DNA of 64,000 bases from NCBI GenBank assembly GCA_963777485.1, contig CAVZQP010000002.1:1006030-1070029 (forward strand), read 5' to 3'. The notes under the pieces are model-generated. The model was not told the DNA's origin. It did no database searches and saw only the letters and a list, made by a program, of their open reading frames with translations. A program made the translations under genes and the position numbers. Source of the DNA: an uncultured Acidimicrobiaceae bacterium (GTDB taxonomy: Bacteria; Actinomycetota; Acidimicrobiia; Acidimicrobiales; RAAP-2). This document shows, piece after piece, positions 46,977-55,742 of this stretch. Each line of letters starts with the position of its first letter. Position 1 is the stretch's first letter.

Positions 46977-48653
46977 ATGCCTATGCGAAGTGGTGCAGCG
47001 AAAACGACAGCTGGGGCGGGCGGACAGCTCGTGACGTCGACCCCGGGTGCTGGCAACGGCTCCGACGGAGCACCCGAGGGATTCGACATCAAGGCCGGCG
47101 GCCTCGGATCAGCGGCTCAGTCCATCGCGCTGGCGACGTTGTGTGCGGTCCTGTTCCTCACTTTCTTGGACAACACCATCGTCAGTGTCGGTCTGGCCAA
47201 CGTTCAGAGCGACCTGCATGCGGGAGTCACCTCGTTGCAGTGGGTCGTCAACGGCTACGCCCTGACCTTTGCAAGCTTCATGCTCGCCGCGGGGATGCTG
47301 GGTGATCTGCTCGGCCGTAAGCGGATCATGCTCGCCGGCGTCGCCGTCTTCAGCATCGGATCGGTAATCGGAGCCCTCGCGGGCAACGTCGACTGGTTGA
47401 TCGCGGCGCGGGTCATCATGGGAATCGGCGCCGCGGCCAGCGAGCCCGGAACCCTTTCGATCATCCGCCACGTCTACCCCGACCGGAAGACCCGGGCGGA
47501 TGCCCTCGGAGTCTGGGCCGCGGTCTCCGGGCTCGCCCTCGCGCTCGGTCCCGTTATCGGCGGTGCCCTCGTGGGATTCTCCAGCTGGAGAGCCATCTTC
47601 TGGTTCAACCTCGGCTTCGGCGTCATCGCGTTCGTGATGGCTGCGATAGCGGTGCCGGAGTCTTCGGACCGCCGGGGGCAGCGGTTCGACGTGCTCGGGT
47701 TCATCTTCGGGGCCGCCTTCTTGGGCTGCCTGTCGTTTGCCGTCATCCAGGGTGAGGAGTCCGGCTACGGAACCGACTGGATCGTCGCCCTCTTCGTGCT
47801 GTGCGGTGTCTCTGGCATTGCGTTCGTGGTGACCGAGCATCGCGTCAAGTCGCCAATGCTCGACCTTTCGCTGTTCCGACGGCCGCCTTTCACCGGGTCG
47901 AACTTCGTCGCGTTCGCCGCCTACTTCGGGACATTCTCAATCTTCTTCTTCACCGCGTTGTATCTGCAGGTGGTGGCCAACGCATCGGCTTATCAGACGG
48001 CGATCGACTTTCTGCCCATGGCCGCCGGGCTGATCATCGTCTCCGCGCTCACCGGCCCGCTGGTGGCCCGCATCGGTGCGCGTTGGCCCATGACGATCGG
48101 ATGTCTCCTCGGAGGTGGCGGCATCTTGATCGCCAACGTCGTGTTGGACCCGACGGTCGGATTCGCGACGTTGGGCTGGGTCCTGCCCATCGCCGGCATC
48201 GGTATTGGCATGCTGCTGGTGCCGGTCACGTCCGTCCCGTTGACGGTTGTCCCACCCGAGCGATCGGGCATGGCCGCATCGGCGACCAACACCAGCCGCG
48301 AGATGGGTGCCGTATTCGGCGTGGCCATCCTCGGCTCCATCGTCAACGCCAAGCTCACCGGCGACCTTGCGGCCCGGCTCAAGGCGATCGGGATCCCGCC
48401 CAATTTCCAGAGCTTGGTGGAGCATGCGATCCAGACCGGCGGCGCCTCCAGCGGAGGTGCCGCGAGCAGCGCGGAACACTCAAAGAACGCAACGGTGGCT
48501 GAGATCGCGAAGAAGGTCGTCAATGCCGCATACGACGCGTTCGGTTCAGGGTTGCACGAGGCGCTCCTGGTATCGGGCTGTCTCATCCTGGCGGGCGCGG
48601 TCGTCGCGTTCTTCACGATCCACCGCGTGCGCGGCGAAACCTACGAACTCTGA
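46977..48653 (+). CDS. MFS transporter, DHA2 (14-TMS, EmrB/QacA-like) drug:H+ antiporter family
   Basis: ...FLDNTIVSVGLANVQSDL..., LGDLLGRKRIMLAG (motif A-like), about 14 hydrophobic segments. Confidence 0.85.
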   Translation: MPMRSGAAKTTAGAGGQLVTSTPGAGNGSDGAPEGFDIKAGGLGSAAQSIALATLCAVLFLTFLDNTIVSVGLANVQSDLHAGVTSLQWVVNGYALTFASFMLAAGMLGDLLGRKRIMLAGVAVFSIGSVIGALAGNVDWLIAARVIMGIGAAASEPGTLSIIRHVYPDRKTRADALGVWAAVSGLALALGPVIGGALVGFSSWRAIFWFNLGFGVIAFVMAAIAVPESSDRRGQRFDVLGFIFGAAFLGCLSFAVIQGEESGYGTDWIVALFVLCGVSGIAFVVTEHRVKSPMLDLSLFRRPPFTGSNFVAFAAYFGTFSIFFFTALYLQVVANASAYQTAIDFLPMAAGLIIVSALTGPLVARIGARWPMTIGCLLGGGGILIANVVLDPTVGFATLGWVLPIAGIGIGMLLVPVTSVPLTVVPPERSGMAASATNTSREMGAVFGVAILGSIVNAKLTGDLAARLKAIGIPPNFQSLVEHAIQTGGASSGGAASSAEHSKNATVAEIAKKVVNAAYDAFGSGLHEALLVSGCLILAGAVVAFFTIHRVRGETYEL

Positions 48654-49385
48654 TCAGCCGTGCCGGGTTGTTGATGAGGTGGCGGAACGCCCCTCGACAT
48701 GGCGAGCTCCGACCGTCACCAGCTTCTCGGTTTCGTCACGGCGTTCGGGTGGCGGCCACGGCCCGACGGCTGCGGCCAGGAACGAGGAGTTGGGCACTTT
48801 GAGCTGTCCCTGTTCCGTGAGCACCGAGACGTAGGTCAAGCTCATGGACGTGACCGTCCCGTAGAACTCGCCTCCGAGAGCCCCTGAGCGCACCCGGATG
48901 TAGTTGCCGACAGAAATCGGGCGGGCCAGGAGCAGGACGAACCCGGCGAAGACGTTGCCCAAACTCTGTTGTGCAGCGATCCCGAGGACGACGCCAGCGA
49001 TCGCACCACCCAGGAGGAAATGACCGACCGGGACGGACAGCAGGGACAGCGTTCCGATCAGTGCGACGAGATACCCGAAGCCGGTCACAAGCATGTGCAC
49101 CGCGGCTGCAGCCGTCTGGCCGCCTCGCCACTTGGCGAGATCGTCGAGTTCGGACGCGATCGACCGTGCACATGCAACGACGAGGATCATGAAACCGACG
49201 GCGGGTGTGTAGAGGAGCAGGCGTCCGCCAAGCGTGTGCGCGTGATGCGATGCCAGCGATGATCCGACTACCAGTACGAGGACTGCTCCCGCCCCCGTGG
49301 CCAGGGCGCGTCGAAACCGGGGGCGACGGACGAGCTCGCGAGTCGGGTCAACCACCGAGACGCGCCCGCCGCGGCGCAGCCTCAC
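48654..49385 (-). CDS. Mechanosensitive ion channel (MscS) family protein
   Basis: ...QQSLGNVFAGFVLLLARPISVGNYIRV... is the MscS TM3/beta-domain junction. Confidence 0.8.
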   Translation of the reverse strand: MRLRRGGRVSVVDPTRELVRRPRFRRALATGAGAVLVLVVGSSLASHHAHTLGGRLLLYTPAVGFMILVVACARSIASELDDLAKWRGGQTAAAAVHMLVTGFGYLVALIGTLSLLSVPVGHFLLGGAIAGVVLGIAAQQSLGNVFAGFVLLLARPISVGNYIRVRSGALGGEFYGTVTSMSLTYVSVLTEQGQLKVPNSSFLAAAVGPWPPPERRDETEKLVTVGARHVEGRSATSSTTRHG

Positions 49386-49849
49386 TGACCTCGACGGATG
49401 CGCAGCCTGCCCTTGCTCTCCTTCTTCGAGCGCGACGAGCGGCTTGTCGAGCTCTCAGTGGCTACGAGCAAGAGGCCACCGAAAAGACCGAGGTTCTTCG
49501 CAAAGTGGGCGAGCTGCATGTTGCGCGCGTCTTCGTCCAGCTCTTCCCAAAATCGGTGTCCAGCCAGGGTCGTGGGGACGAGTGTCCCCGCGAGCACGGC
49601 CGCAGACAGACGCCGAAAGATGCCGATCGACAACATTGCGCCCGCAACAACCTGCGTGATCCCGTTCAACCGCACCAGGGTTTCGGTGTCGTCGGGCAGG
49701 GCCGTGACCCGCTCCGCGATCGGCCCAGTGACCTTCTCAGCCTTCTTGACCTTCCCCTCAGGATGCATCGCCGCGTCGAGACCGCCCCGAATGAAGATGG
49801 ACGCGATCAGCGGGCTCGCTACCCGGGTGGTGATGCTGCTCATCGGCAT
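49382..49849 (-). CDS. DoxX-family membrane protein
   Basis: ...ASIFIRGGLDA...QVVAGAMLSIG...LAGHRFWE...FAKNLGLFGGLLLV. Confidence 0.8.
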   Translation of the reverse strand: MPMSSITTRVASPLIASIFIRGGLDAAMHPEGKVKKAEKVTGPIAERVTALPDDTETLVRLNGITQVVAGAMLSIGIFRRLSAAVLAGTLVPTTLAGHRFWEELDEDARNMQLAHFAKNLGLFGGLLLVATESSTSRSSRSKKESKGRLRIRRGQ

Positions 49850-50293
49850 GGCGATTCCTTTCCTTCGGGGGCATGGCCGGCGCTGAGGCGGCGGTTGTGC
49901 CCGGTAATCACGTACCCCCGTCGGCGTCGATCAATCGGTTTTGATCTGGCTTTGAGCGAGTGAACAGGAGGCTCGGCCGTGACGCGCAGGGCTCGGGCCG
50001 ACAAACACCCTTTGCGCCGATGGTTTCCGACCATTTCCTGCGAGGTTCTTCGGATGGGATATCGCTGGCCGGTGCGCTGACGGCGCCTCCGGCGTCGAAC
50101 GGCAGCAGCGTGGTCCGTGATCGGACGGGAGGAGGCCGTACAAGGCGTTCGGGCTGGTCGCAGCAGCGAAGGCTGAGCGCCCCGGGTGCTTAAGCCAGTC
50201 GAGCCGTCACGGTCTTCGTGGTCCCCCTCAGTTGCCTGCCAATTCAGATGCCGCGGCCTGGTCGAGGTTTGTCCTTTGGCGATCCAACACAGA

Positions 50294-51367
50294 TCAGCTT
50301 CGGTGTGGCCCAGTGGCGGTCGCAACTCCGGCGAACCCGCGCGATGATCGCCTCTGGTGTTCAGCGATTGCATGCTGGTAGACGCCGACATACGCGTCGA
50401 CCATGCGGTCACTGCTGAACCTTTGCACAGCCACGTCTCGCACTGTCTGCCGGTCGAACTGACCGACTCGCATGATTGCCGCAGCCGCCGAAGCGACGTC
50501 CGACACCAGAGAGCCAGTCGTGCCGTCGACGACGAGTTCGGGCATGGAACCTCGGTCGAATGCGATCACGGGTGTGCCACACGCCATGGCCTCCACGACC
50601 GAGAGCCCGAACGGCTCGTCAAAGTCGATCAAATGAAGAAGGGCCAGGGCGCCCCCGAGGAAGGACGAGCGATCCTCGGCACGGACGGGCCCCTCGAATC
50701 GCACGCGATCGCCGTCCAGGCGTGGCACGATCTCCCGCCTGAAGTACCGATCATCTTGAACGATTCCTGCTAAACGGATCGGGATCCCCGTCTTTTCGGC
50801 GGCATCGATCGCCGCGACCACTCCCTTGTCCGGGTGGATACGTCCGAAGAAGGCCAGGTAGGAACCAGCAGTCGGGCTGAACTTGAAGTTGCCTGTCTCT
50901 ATCCCGTGATGGATCGTCGCCACATAGTCGAGGGCGGGGTGCCGGTCGGCATCGCTGATCGCGACATAGAACGTGCTCTGGTTGTACTTGGCGAACACCG
51001 GCACGATGTGTCGCGAAGAGAAGCCGTGAATTGTCGTGACGACCGGCGTTGACACCAACGCGGAGTAGGTGAGGGGCAGGAAGTCAAAGCTGTTGTGGAT
51101 GACGTCGAACTCAGACGCCCGTTCAAAGACCTGCGATATATGCAGACATTCGGCCACTTTCGGGTCGATAGTCGGGTCCTCCGACCAGCCCCGGGACACC
51201 ACGCTGCACAACCGTGCCGACGTTTCGGAGTCGCCCGCAGCGAACAAGGTGACTTCGTGCCCCCGAGCCACGAGGCCTTCGGTGAGGAGTGAGGCGAAGA
51301 GCTCCCACGGTCCGTAGTGGCGCGGCGGGACACGCCATGCAATCGGCGCGAGGACTGCAACGCGCAT
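50294..51367 (-). CDS. Glycosyltransferase family 4 (GT-B, Glycos_transf_1)
   Basis: MRVAVLAPIAWRVPPRHYGPWE... at the N-terminus and ...EPFGLSVVEAMACGTPVIA.. (E-x7-E region). Confidence 0.85.
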   Translation of the reverse strand: MRVAVLAPIAWRVPPRHYGPWELFASLLTEGLVARGHEVTLFAAGDSETSARLCSVVSRGWSEDPTIDPKVAECLHISQVFERASEFDVIHNSFDFLPLTYSALVSTPVVTTIHGFSSRHIVPVFAKYNQSTFYVAISDADRHPALDYVATIHHGIETGNFKFSPTAGSYLAFFGRIHPDKGVVAAIDAAEKTGIPIRLAGIVQDDRYFRREIVPRLDGDRVRFEGPVRAEDRSSFLGGALALLHLIDFDEPFGLSVVEAMACGTPVIAFDRGSMPELVVDGTTGSLVSDVASAAAAIMRVGQFDRQTVRDVAVQRFSSDRMVDAYVGVYQHAIAEHQRRSSRGFAGVATATGPHRS

Positions 51368-51373
51368 TAGGCC

Positions 51374-51505
51374 TCAGCGTCCCAGCCCCAGGCGATCCGC
51401 GTTCTTGTCTCGCTCGCCTCGCTTCTCTTTTTTCGCTTGCCTCTTCTCCTTGAGGGACTTTCCCGGCTTTTTTCCGGAAGGCTTCTGAGGCGATCTGTCA
51501 GGCAC
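51374..51505 (-). CDS. Possible unannotated 43-codon Lys/Arg-rich small ORF
   Basis: Own translation: (V)PDRSPQKPSGKKPGKSLKEKRQAKKEKRGERDKNADRLGLGR*. GGAG lies 6 nt upstream of the GTG. It fills the 171-nt gap between the GH130 and GT4 genes, and is too short for the ORF track. Confidence 0.3.
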   Translation of the reverse strand: MPDRSPQKPSGKKPGKSLKEKRQAKKEKRGERDKNADRLGLGR

Positions 51506-51538
51506 TGTGTTCTCCAGTCATTCCAGTTGATACACGAG

Positions 51539-53026
51539 TCATGCGGCGACGGCAGTCAGGGACGCAAGAAGCTCGTCCAGAGGCACAGTCGCCATGCCGA
51601 TGGAAGAGTCGTTAATTCCGTAAGGAATGACCAGCGTGTCCTGATGGAGGAGGGCGCCGCAGGAGTAGACGACGTTGGGCACATAGCCATCCTGCTCGTC
51701 GTGAGCCGGGCTGAGGAGGGGCTCACGCAGCTGGCCGATGATCCGCGTGGGGTCTTCGAGGTCGAGCAATATCGCCCCGATGCAGTAGGTGCGCATGGGG
51801 CCTACGCCGTGGGTGAGCACCAACCAGCCTGCTTCGGTCTCCATCGGAGAGCCGCAGTTGCCGAGTTGAATGACGTCCCAGGGCTTCGCCGGCTGTTGGC
51901 AGGGCCGGCCTTCTTCCCACCGACGAAGGTTGTCCGAGTAGGTGATGGCGTTCGACTCGCGATCACTTCGAGAGAGAGCGGCGAAACGGCCGCCGATCCG
52001 GCGAGGGAAGAGGGCGAGACCCTTGTTGGCGGCTGCCGTCCCGACTATCGGAGAGGTGGTGAAGGTCAAGAAATCTTCGGTTTCGAGGAGTTGTTGACCG
52101 ATATCGGTGCCGTTGTAGGCCGTATAGGAGGCGTAGTAGGTCACGCTGGCGTCGTCGTCAGTGAACCGGACGAACCGAGCATCTTCCATGCCGTTGGACT
52201 CAGCATTCATTGCCGGCAGCAGCACCCGCTCGCTCAACGGCGTAGTGGTGTCGAATCGGACGCCGTAGGTCCGTTCGGCGATGCGGCGCATGAGGCCGAT
52301 GATCCTCTTCGCCTGCTTTCGAGTGGCCACGTGCCTTTCCAGAAGCCTGAGCCTGGTCTCCAGCTCGGCCTTGGTGAACCGGGCTCCGAGACGACCCAGC
52401 ACGTAGTCCGCATCATCGCCGCCACTACGAAGGCGACGCAGTTCGCCTCTGAATACCTCCCCCTCGAGCGTCGCCGTCTCCTGGCAGCCTTCTGTGGCGT
52501 AATTCGGTGCAGGGTCGAGATCAACGTCTCCCGATCCGAGGATCACCCCTGTCCGAAATCCGATGGAAGATCTATGGCCCTCACCTATGGCCCGGACACT
52601 CATCACGAAGCGCAGGCTGTCGCTGCCGACGCCGGTCTGGTCGGGGTGCATCACCATGCTCGGATTGCAGAGGGCGGCGCCCTCAATCGCGTATTCACTC
52701 GTGAAGGTCGCCCCAAGGAGCAGGCGCCGGGTAGGGGACAATTCGCATTCGGGGTCGAGGCGATCGGAGAGCTCGTCTGCGTGGCTCAGGAACGTCTCGG
52801 GCAAGCGACGATGTCGGCCCAGGAACCGCTCCATGACATCGTCGATGCTCCGCTGAACCTCGTCGTCTGGCAGCTCCAAGACGCGCTGCAAGACCGTGGA
52901 TGATCGCGATTCTTGTTGGTCGAACCCCTCGTGCCCGGGTACGAATAGGCGTGTCACCACGCGCGAGCTGTCAGCTGCCATGTGCACCGGGCTGCGACGG
53001 GCGAGGCCTGAATCCCGCAAGGTCAT
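51539..53026 (-). CDS. GH130-family glycoside phosphorylase/hydrolase (beta-mannoside phosphorylase-like) with long N-terminal extension
   Basis: C-terminal about 300 aa: ...EDARFV.F....YYA.YTAY.G......LL.T.DF..F......G...NKG.ALFPR...GR......R...... and ..G.P......GWL...HGVG..R.Y..GA.LLDL.DP. The start overlaps the upstream stop (ATGA). Confidence 0.85.
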   Translation of the reverse strand: MTLRDSGLARRSPVHMAADSSRVVTRLFVPGHEGFDQQESRSSTVLQRVLELPDDEVQRSIDDVMERFLGRHRRLPETFLSHADELSDRLDPECELSPTRRLLLGATFTSEYAIEGAALCNPSMVMHPDQTGVGSDSLRFVMSVRAIGEGHRSSIGFRTGVILGSGDVDLDPAPNYATEGCQETATLEGEVFRGELRRLRSGGDDADYVLGRLGARFTKAELETRLRLLERHVATRKQAKRIIGLMRRIAERTYGVRFDTTTPLSERVLLPAMNAESNGMEDARFVRFTDDDASVTYYASYTAYNGTDIGQQLLETEDFLTFTTSPIVGTAAANKGLALFPRRIGGRFAALSRSDRESNAITYSDNLRRWEEGRPCQQPAKPWDVIQLGNCGSPMETEAGWLVLTHGVGPMRTYCIGAILLDLEDPTRIIGQLREPLLSPAHDEQDGYVPNVVYSCGALLHQDTLVIPYGINDSSIGMATVPLDELLASLTAVAA

Positions 53027-54051
53027 CGCAAGACACCCGCCGATGATCGTGCGTGCTGCAAGGTCGAAAGAAGGGCGAGCGTGGACTCTGTGCCCTGATT
53101 GAGATTGGCACCGCCGATCTCCAAGCCATCAAAGGCTCCGCCGGTTGCGGGGTCCCACATGACGACCGAACCGTCATTGTGGCCTTGAAACCAATCCGCG
53201 GATGCGGTGACACCGTCCACCCATCGCCGGTTGTTGTCCACGGTCATGGCGCGGGCACACGCATCGGCCATTGCTGCCACTTCAATGGGCTGTTGGTCGA
53301 ATCTCGGACCTTTGTCTTTGGGGCCGCGACCCCCGACGGGCGTGACCGAGAGATGCCCTTGTTGGCTCTCGCGATCGAGCAGCCACGCCAAGAGGTCCAG
53401 CCCGCGCTTCACGAGAATCGGACGATGGAGTTCTGACCCCGCGGCGATCATCGCCTCGGGAAGGGTGGCGTTGGCGTAAGTGAGGCGCCGCTCGGGCCAC
53501 GGCCAGCTGGCATTCCAGCGGACCCTCGTCATCGAATCGGCGGCATCGGACAACAGGGACCGTGCCGACGTGTCATCGGGTTGGACGCTGAGCAATTCGG
53601 CTGCACCGAGAGCCGCGAACGCAGTTGCCCTCGGCCAGGAGGAGCGCGGTCTCATTGCTTGCTCGAGCCCACGAGTAGCCCGATGTCGTATCTCGTCGTC
53701 GTCACTGTGCGATGCCGCGGTGCCCAGCCCCCAGATGCATCGGCCCCAGCAATCGTTGATGGTCGGGGGATCGTCCCAGGTGCCGTGTCGGTTCATCCGA
53801 TTCCGACATTTGCCTTGCGGTCCCAACGCTTCGAGAAGAAAACGCAGGCTGAGCACGGCCAAGTGGCGCAGAGCCGGCGTCCCAGATGGTTCCCGCGTCG
53901 CAACGACAAGCACACGGGCCATGTCGTCGGTGCAGTAGCCGTGTTCGGGTCTTGGTTCGCGATAGAGGGCGTGCTCGAACGTGCCCCGTTCGTCCGTCAT
54001 GGCGACGAGGTGGCCGAAGTTCGGTTCAGGAGGTCTCAGCCCCGGGTTCAC
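53023..54051 (-). CDS. Hypothetical protein, probably (alpha/alpha)-toroid glycosidase-like
   Basis: Helix-rich, W-rich sequence (...TDERGTFEHALY..PEHGYCTDDMAR...). The GTG start at 54051 forms a GTGA overlap with the upstream GT4 stop. The fold call is a guess. Confidence 0.55.
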   Translation of the reverse strand: MNPGLRPPEPNFGHLVAMTDERGTFEHALYREPRPEHGYCTDDMARVLVVATREPSGTPALRHLAVLSLRFLLEALGPQGKCRNRMNRHGTWDDPPTINDCWGRCIWGLGTAASHSDDDEIRHRATRGLEQAMRPRSSWPRATAFAALGAAELLSVQPDDTSARSLLSDAADSMTRVRWNASWPWPERRLTYANATLPEAMIAAGSELHRPILVKRGLDLLAWLLDRESQQGHLSVTPVGGRGPKDKGPRFDQQPIEVAAMADACARAMTVDNNRRWVDGVTASADWFQGHNDGSVVMWDPATGGAFDGLEIGGANLNQGTESTLALLSTLQHARSSAGVLR

Positions 54052-55331
54052 ACCAGCGCCAACCGATCGTTGAGCAGCCCTTGGCCCAGGTGCAGGTACT
54101 CGCCGGCCACCACCGTCCATCCAAGGCCGGGCGCCATTCGGGACGCTTCGGCAGCCATGCTGGCAGCGAGCTCTGGTCGGGTGAGGACCCGTTTCAGTGC
54201 ACGCGCCATCGCATCGGGGTCGTCGTGGTCGACCACGAGTCCGGCGCCGCTCGCCAACAACTCGACAGCATGCGGAAAAGCCGTCGCAACCACCGGCCTT
54301 CCGGCAGCAATCGCGTCAACCAGGACGCCGGATGTCACCTGGTCCTTGGAGTCGTACGGCAGGACGACCACCTTGCTCGATTGGATCAATGCGGTGAGCG
54401 CGGCCACATCGCGGTAGTCGTCGTCGAACTCGACGGACGACGAAATCCCGTGTTGTTTCGCCTGCTCAATTCTGGCGCGACGGTATGACTCACCGTGGGC
54501 TGCGAGCACTTTGGGGTGGGTACGGCCAGCGACCAGATAACGCGGCCGCATCGGGAGATCATGCAAGGTGCGCATGGCCTCAATAGCTCGCTCTATTCCC
54601 TTGCCCGGGCCAATCAGCCCCCAGGTCAAGATGACTGGTCGTTCCGTCCGGTCCGGCACCACACGTCGAGCAGGCACCGCGGCGCCGTGCGCAATGGTCG
54701 CCACTTTGGAAGCATCGACGTCGAAGCCGTCGCACAGTCGGACCCGGGCCGCCTCGGTCATGACAACCGTGCGGTCCGCCAAGGCAACCACCTCGTTGAG
54801 AACGCTCCGTTGATGTGGTGTCGGGTTCCTCAGGATTGTGTGGGCGATCACGATGGAAGGGATCCGGAGACCGCCGATGGTCTCGAGGACCTCGTCTCCG
54901 TCGGTGCCTCCGTAGAGTCCGTACTCGTGCTGGATGACGGCCACGTCGAACTGGTTCAGCGAGTCCGAACTCGCACTCAAGGAGTGCCGCGATCCGTTGA
55001 CCAGCTCGCCCACGACACGGTCGCTTTGCGGGGTCTGCGCGTACGCGTCGTCCACGACCCGTACCACGCCTACGTGAGCGTCGTTGGCGGCCAACCCGGA
55101 CGCCAGCGCTGCGGTGAACGTGGCCAGACCGCACGCCGTCGGGGGGAACGAGCTGAGAATCCCGAAAGAAGGAACGCGACGATGCAGGCCTTCGTTGGGC
55201 AAGTTCCGGACGCGCACAGGTTGCTCCTCAGGGAGGCTCGGTCGAGGCGTCGAGCCTGCACGGGGCGACGTCGGCCCAAATGGCCGTCCTGCCCAAGCGA
55301 GGCGACTCTCCCAAGGGGACGAGACACTCAT
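54048..55331 (-). CDS. Glycosyltransferase family 4 (GT-B)
   Basis: ...FGILSSFPPTACGLATFTAAL... at the N-terminus and ...VVLPYDSKDQVTSGVLVDAIAAGRPVVAT... in the C-terminal half. The true start is probably internal (GTG near 55211-55217). Confidence 0.8.
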   Translation of the reverse strand: MSVSSPWESRLAWAGRPFGPTSPRAGSTPRPSLPEEQPVRVRNLPNEGLHRRVPSFGILSSFPPTACGLATFTAALASGLAANDAHVGVVRVVDDAYAQTPQSDRVVGELVNGSRHSLSASSDSLNQFDVAVIQHEYGLYGGTDGDEVLETIGGLRIPSIVIAHTILRNPTPHQRSVLNEVVALADRTVVMTEAARVRLCDGFDVDASKVATIAHGAAVPARRVVPDRTERPVILTWGLIGPGKGIERAIEAMRTLHDLPMRPRYLVAGRTHPKVLAAHGESYRRARIEQAKQHGISSSVEFDDDYRDVAALTALIQSSKVVVLPYDSKDQVTSGVLVDAIAAGRPVVATAFPHAVELLASGAGLVVDHDDPDAMARALKRVLTRPELAASMAAEASRMAPGLGWTVVAGEYLHLGQGLLNDRLALV

Positions 55332-55550
55332 CGTACCGTGGATATGGTCAGCCGTTGCGTCGACCCAACGACAGTTCCGTGGTCACCGCGTTCCTGTTGG
55401 CCACTGCACAGCTCCGGCGGGAGGAGAGTAAGCCGATACGGCGGCGGGGCCCTGGAGTTCTGGAAGGCGGGGGAGCAGTGACCGCCGACCAATGTGCAAC
55501 TGATGTCCCCGGTAACGGTCAGTTGCCCACCGGCGCTCCGGTCAGTACAG

Positions 55551-55622
55551 CGCCCCCGGCAGGACTCGAACCTGCGCCACCGGCTCCGGAGGCCGGTGCT
55601 CTATCCGCTGAGCTACGGGGGC
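55551..55622 (-). tRNA. tRNA-Arg (anticodon CCG)
   Basis: Folded by hand: acceptor GCCCCCG/CGGGGGC, D-arm GCUC-AGCGGAUA-GAGC, anticodon arm CCGGC-CUCCGGA-GCCGG, T-arm GCAGG-UUCGAGU-CCUGC, discriminator G. No encoded CCA. Confidence 0.9.
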
Positions 55623-55705
55623 GGGGAATGTCCGCACCGCTGCAGCGTCGCTGCGCGTGCAGGTCGAAGATCGTAGCCGTCGGGCTCGGACCTGGCCCCA
55701 CCAGG

Positions 55706-55734
55706 TAGGACAAGCGCGAACGCTGCCGTATCCT
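55706..55734 (+). promoter_or_regulatory. Candidate promoter TAGGAC-N17-TATCCT, 8 nt before the lysA ATG (possible leaderless transcript)
   Basis: Hexamers and spacing read directly. Confidence 0.3.
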
Positions 55735-55742
55735 GCATCTCC

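Noticed and set aside
49960-50193. 77-aa ORF in the 444-bp gap as a real gene
   Set aside because: It has no SD, its composition is Arg/Ser/Gly-rich, and it resembles nothing I recognise.
44000-55550. Integrase, attachment-site repeat or other mobile-element hallmarks for the tRNA-adjacent low-GC segment
   Set aside because: There is no integrase/recombinase-like ORF, and scanning by eye found no copy of the tRNA-Arg 3' half (aggactcgaacc on the plus strand). The island idea therefore rests only on composition and position.
55623-55742. Lysine riboswitch upstream of lysA
   Set aside because: The spacer is only 120 nt and mostly taken up by a promoter-like TAGGAC-N17-TATCCT 8 nt from the ATG. 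That is too short for an L-box (about 180 nt), and I saw no matching helices.
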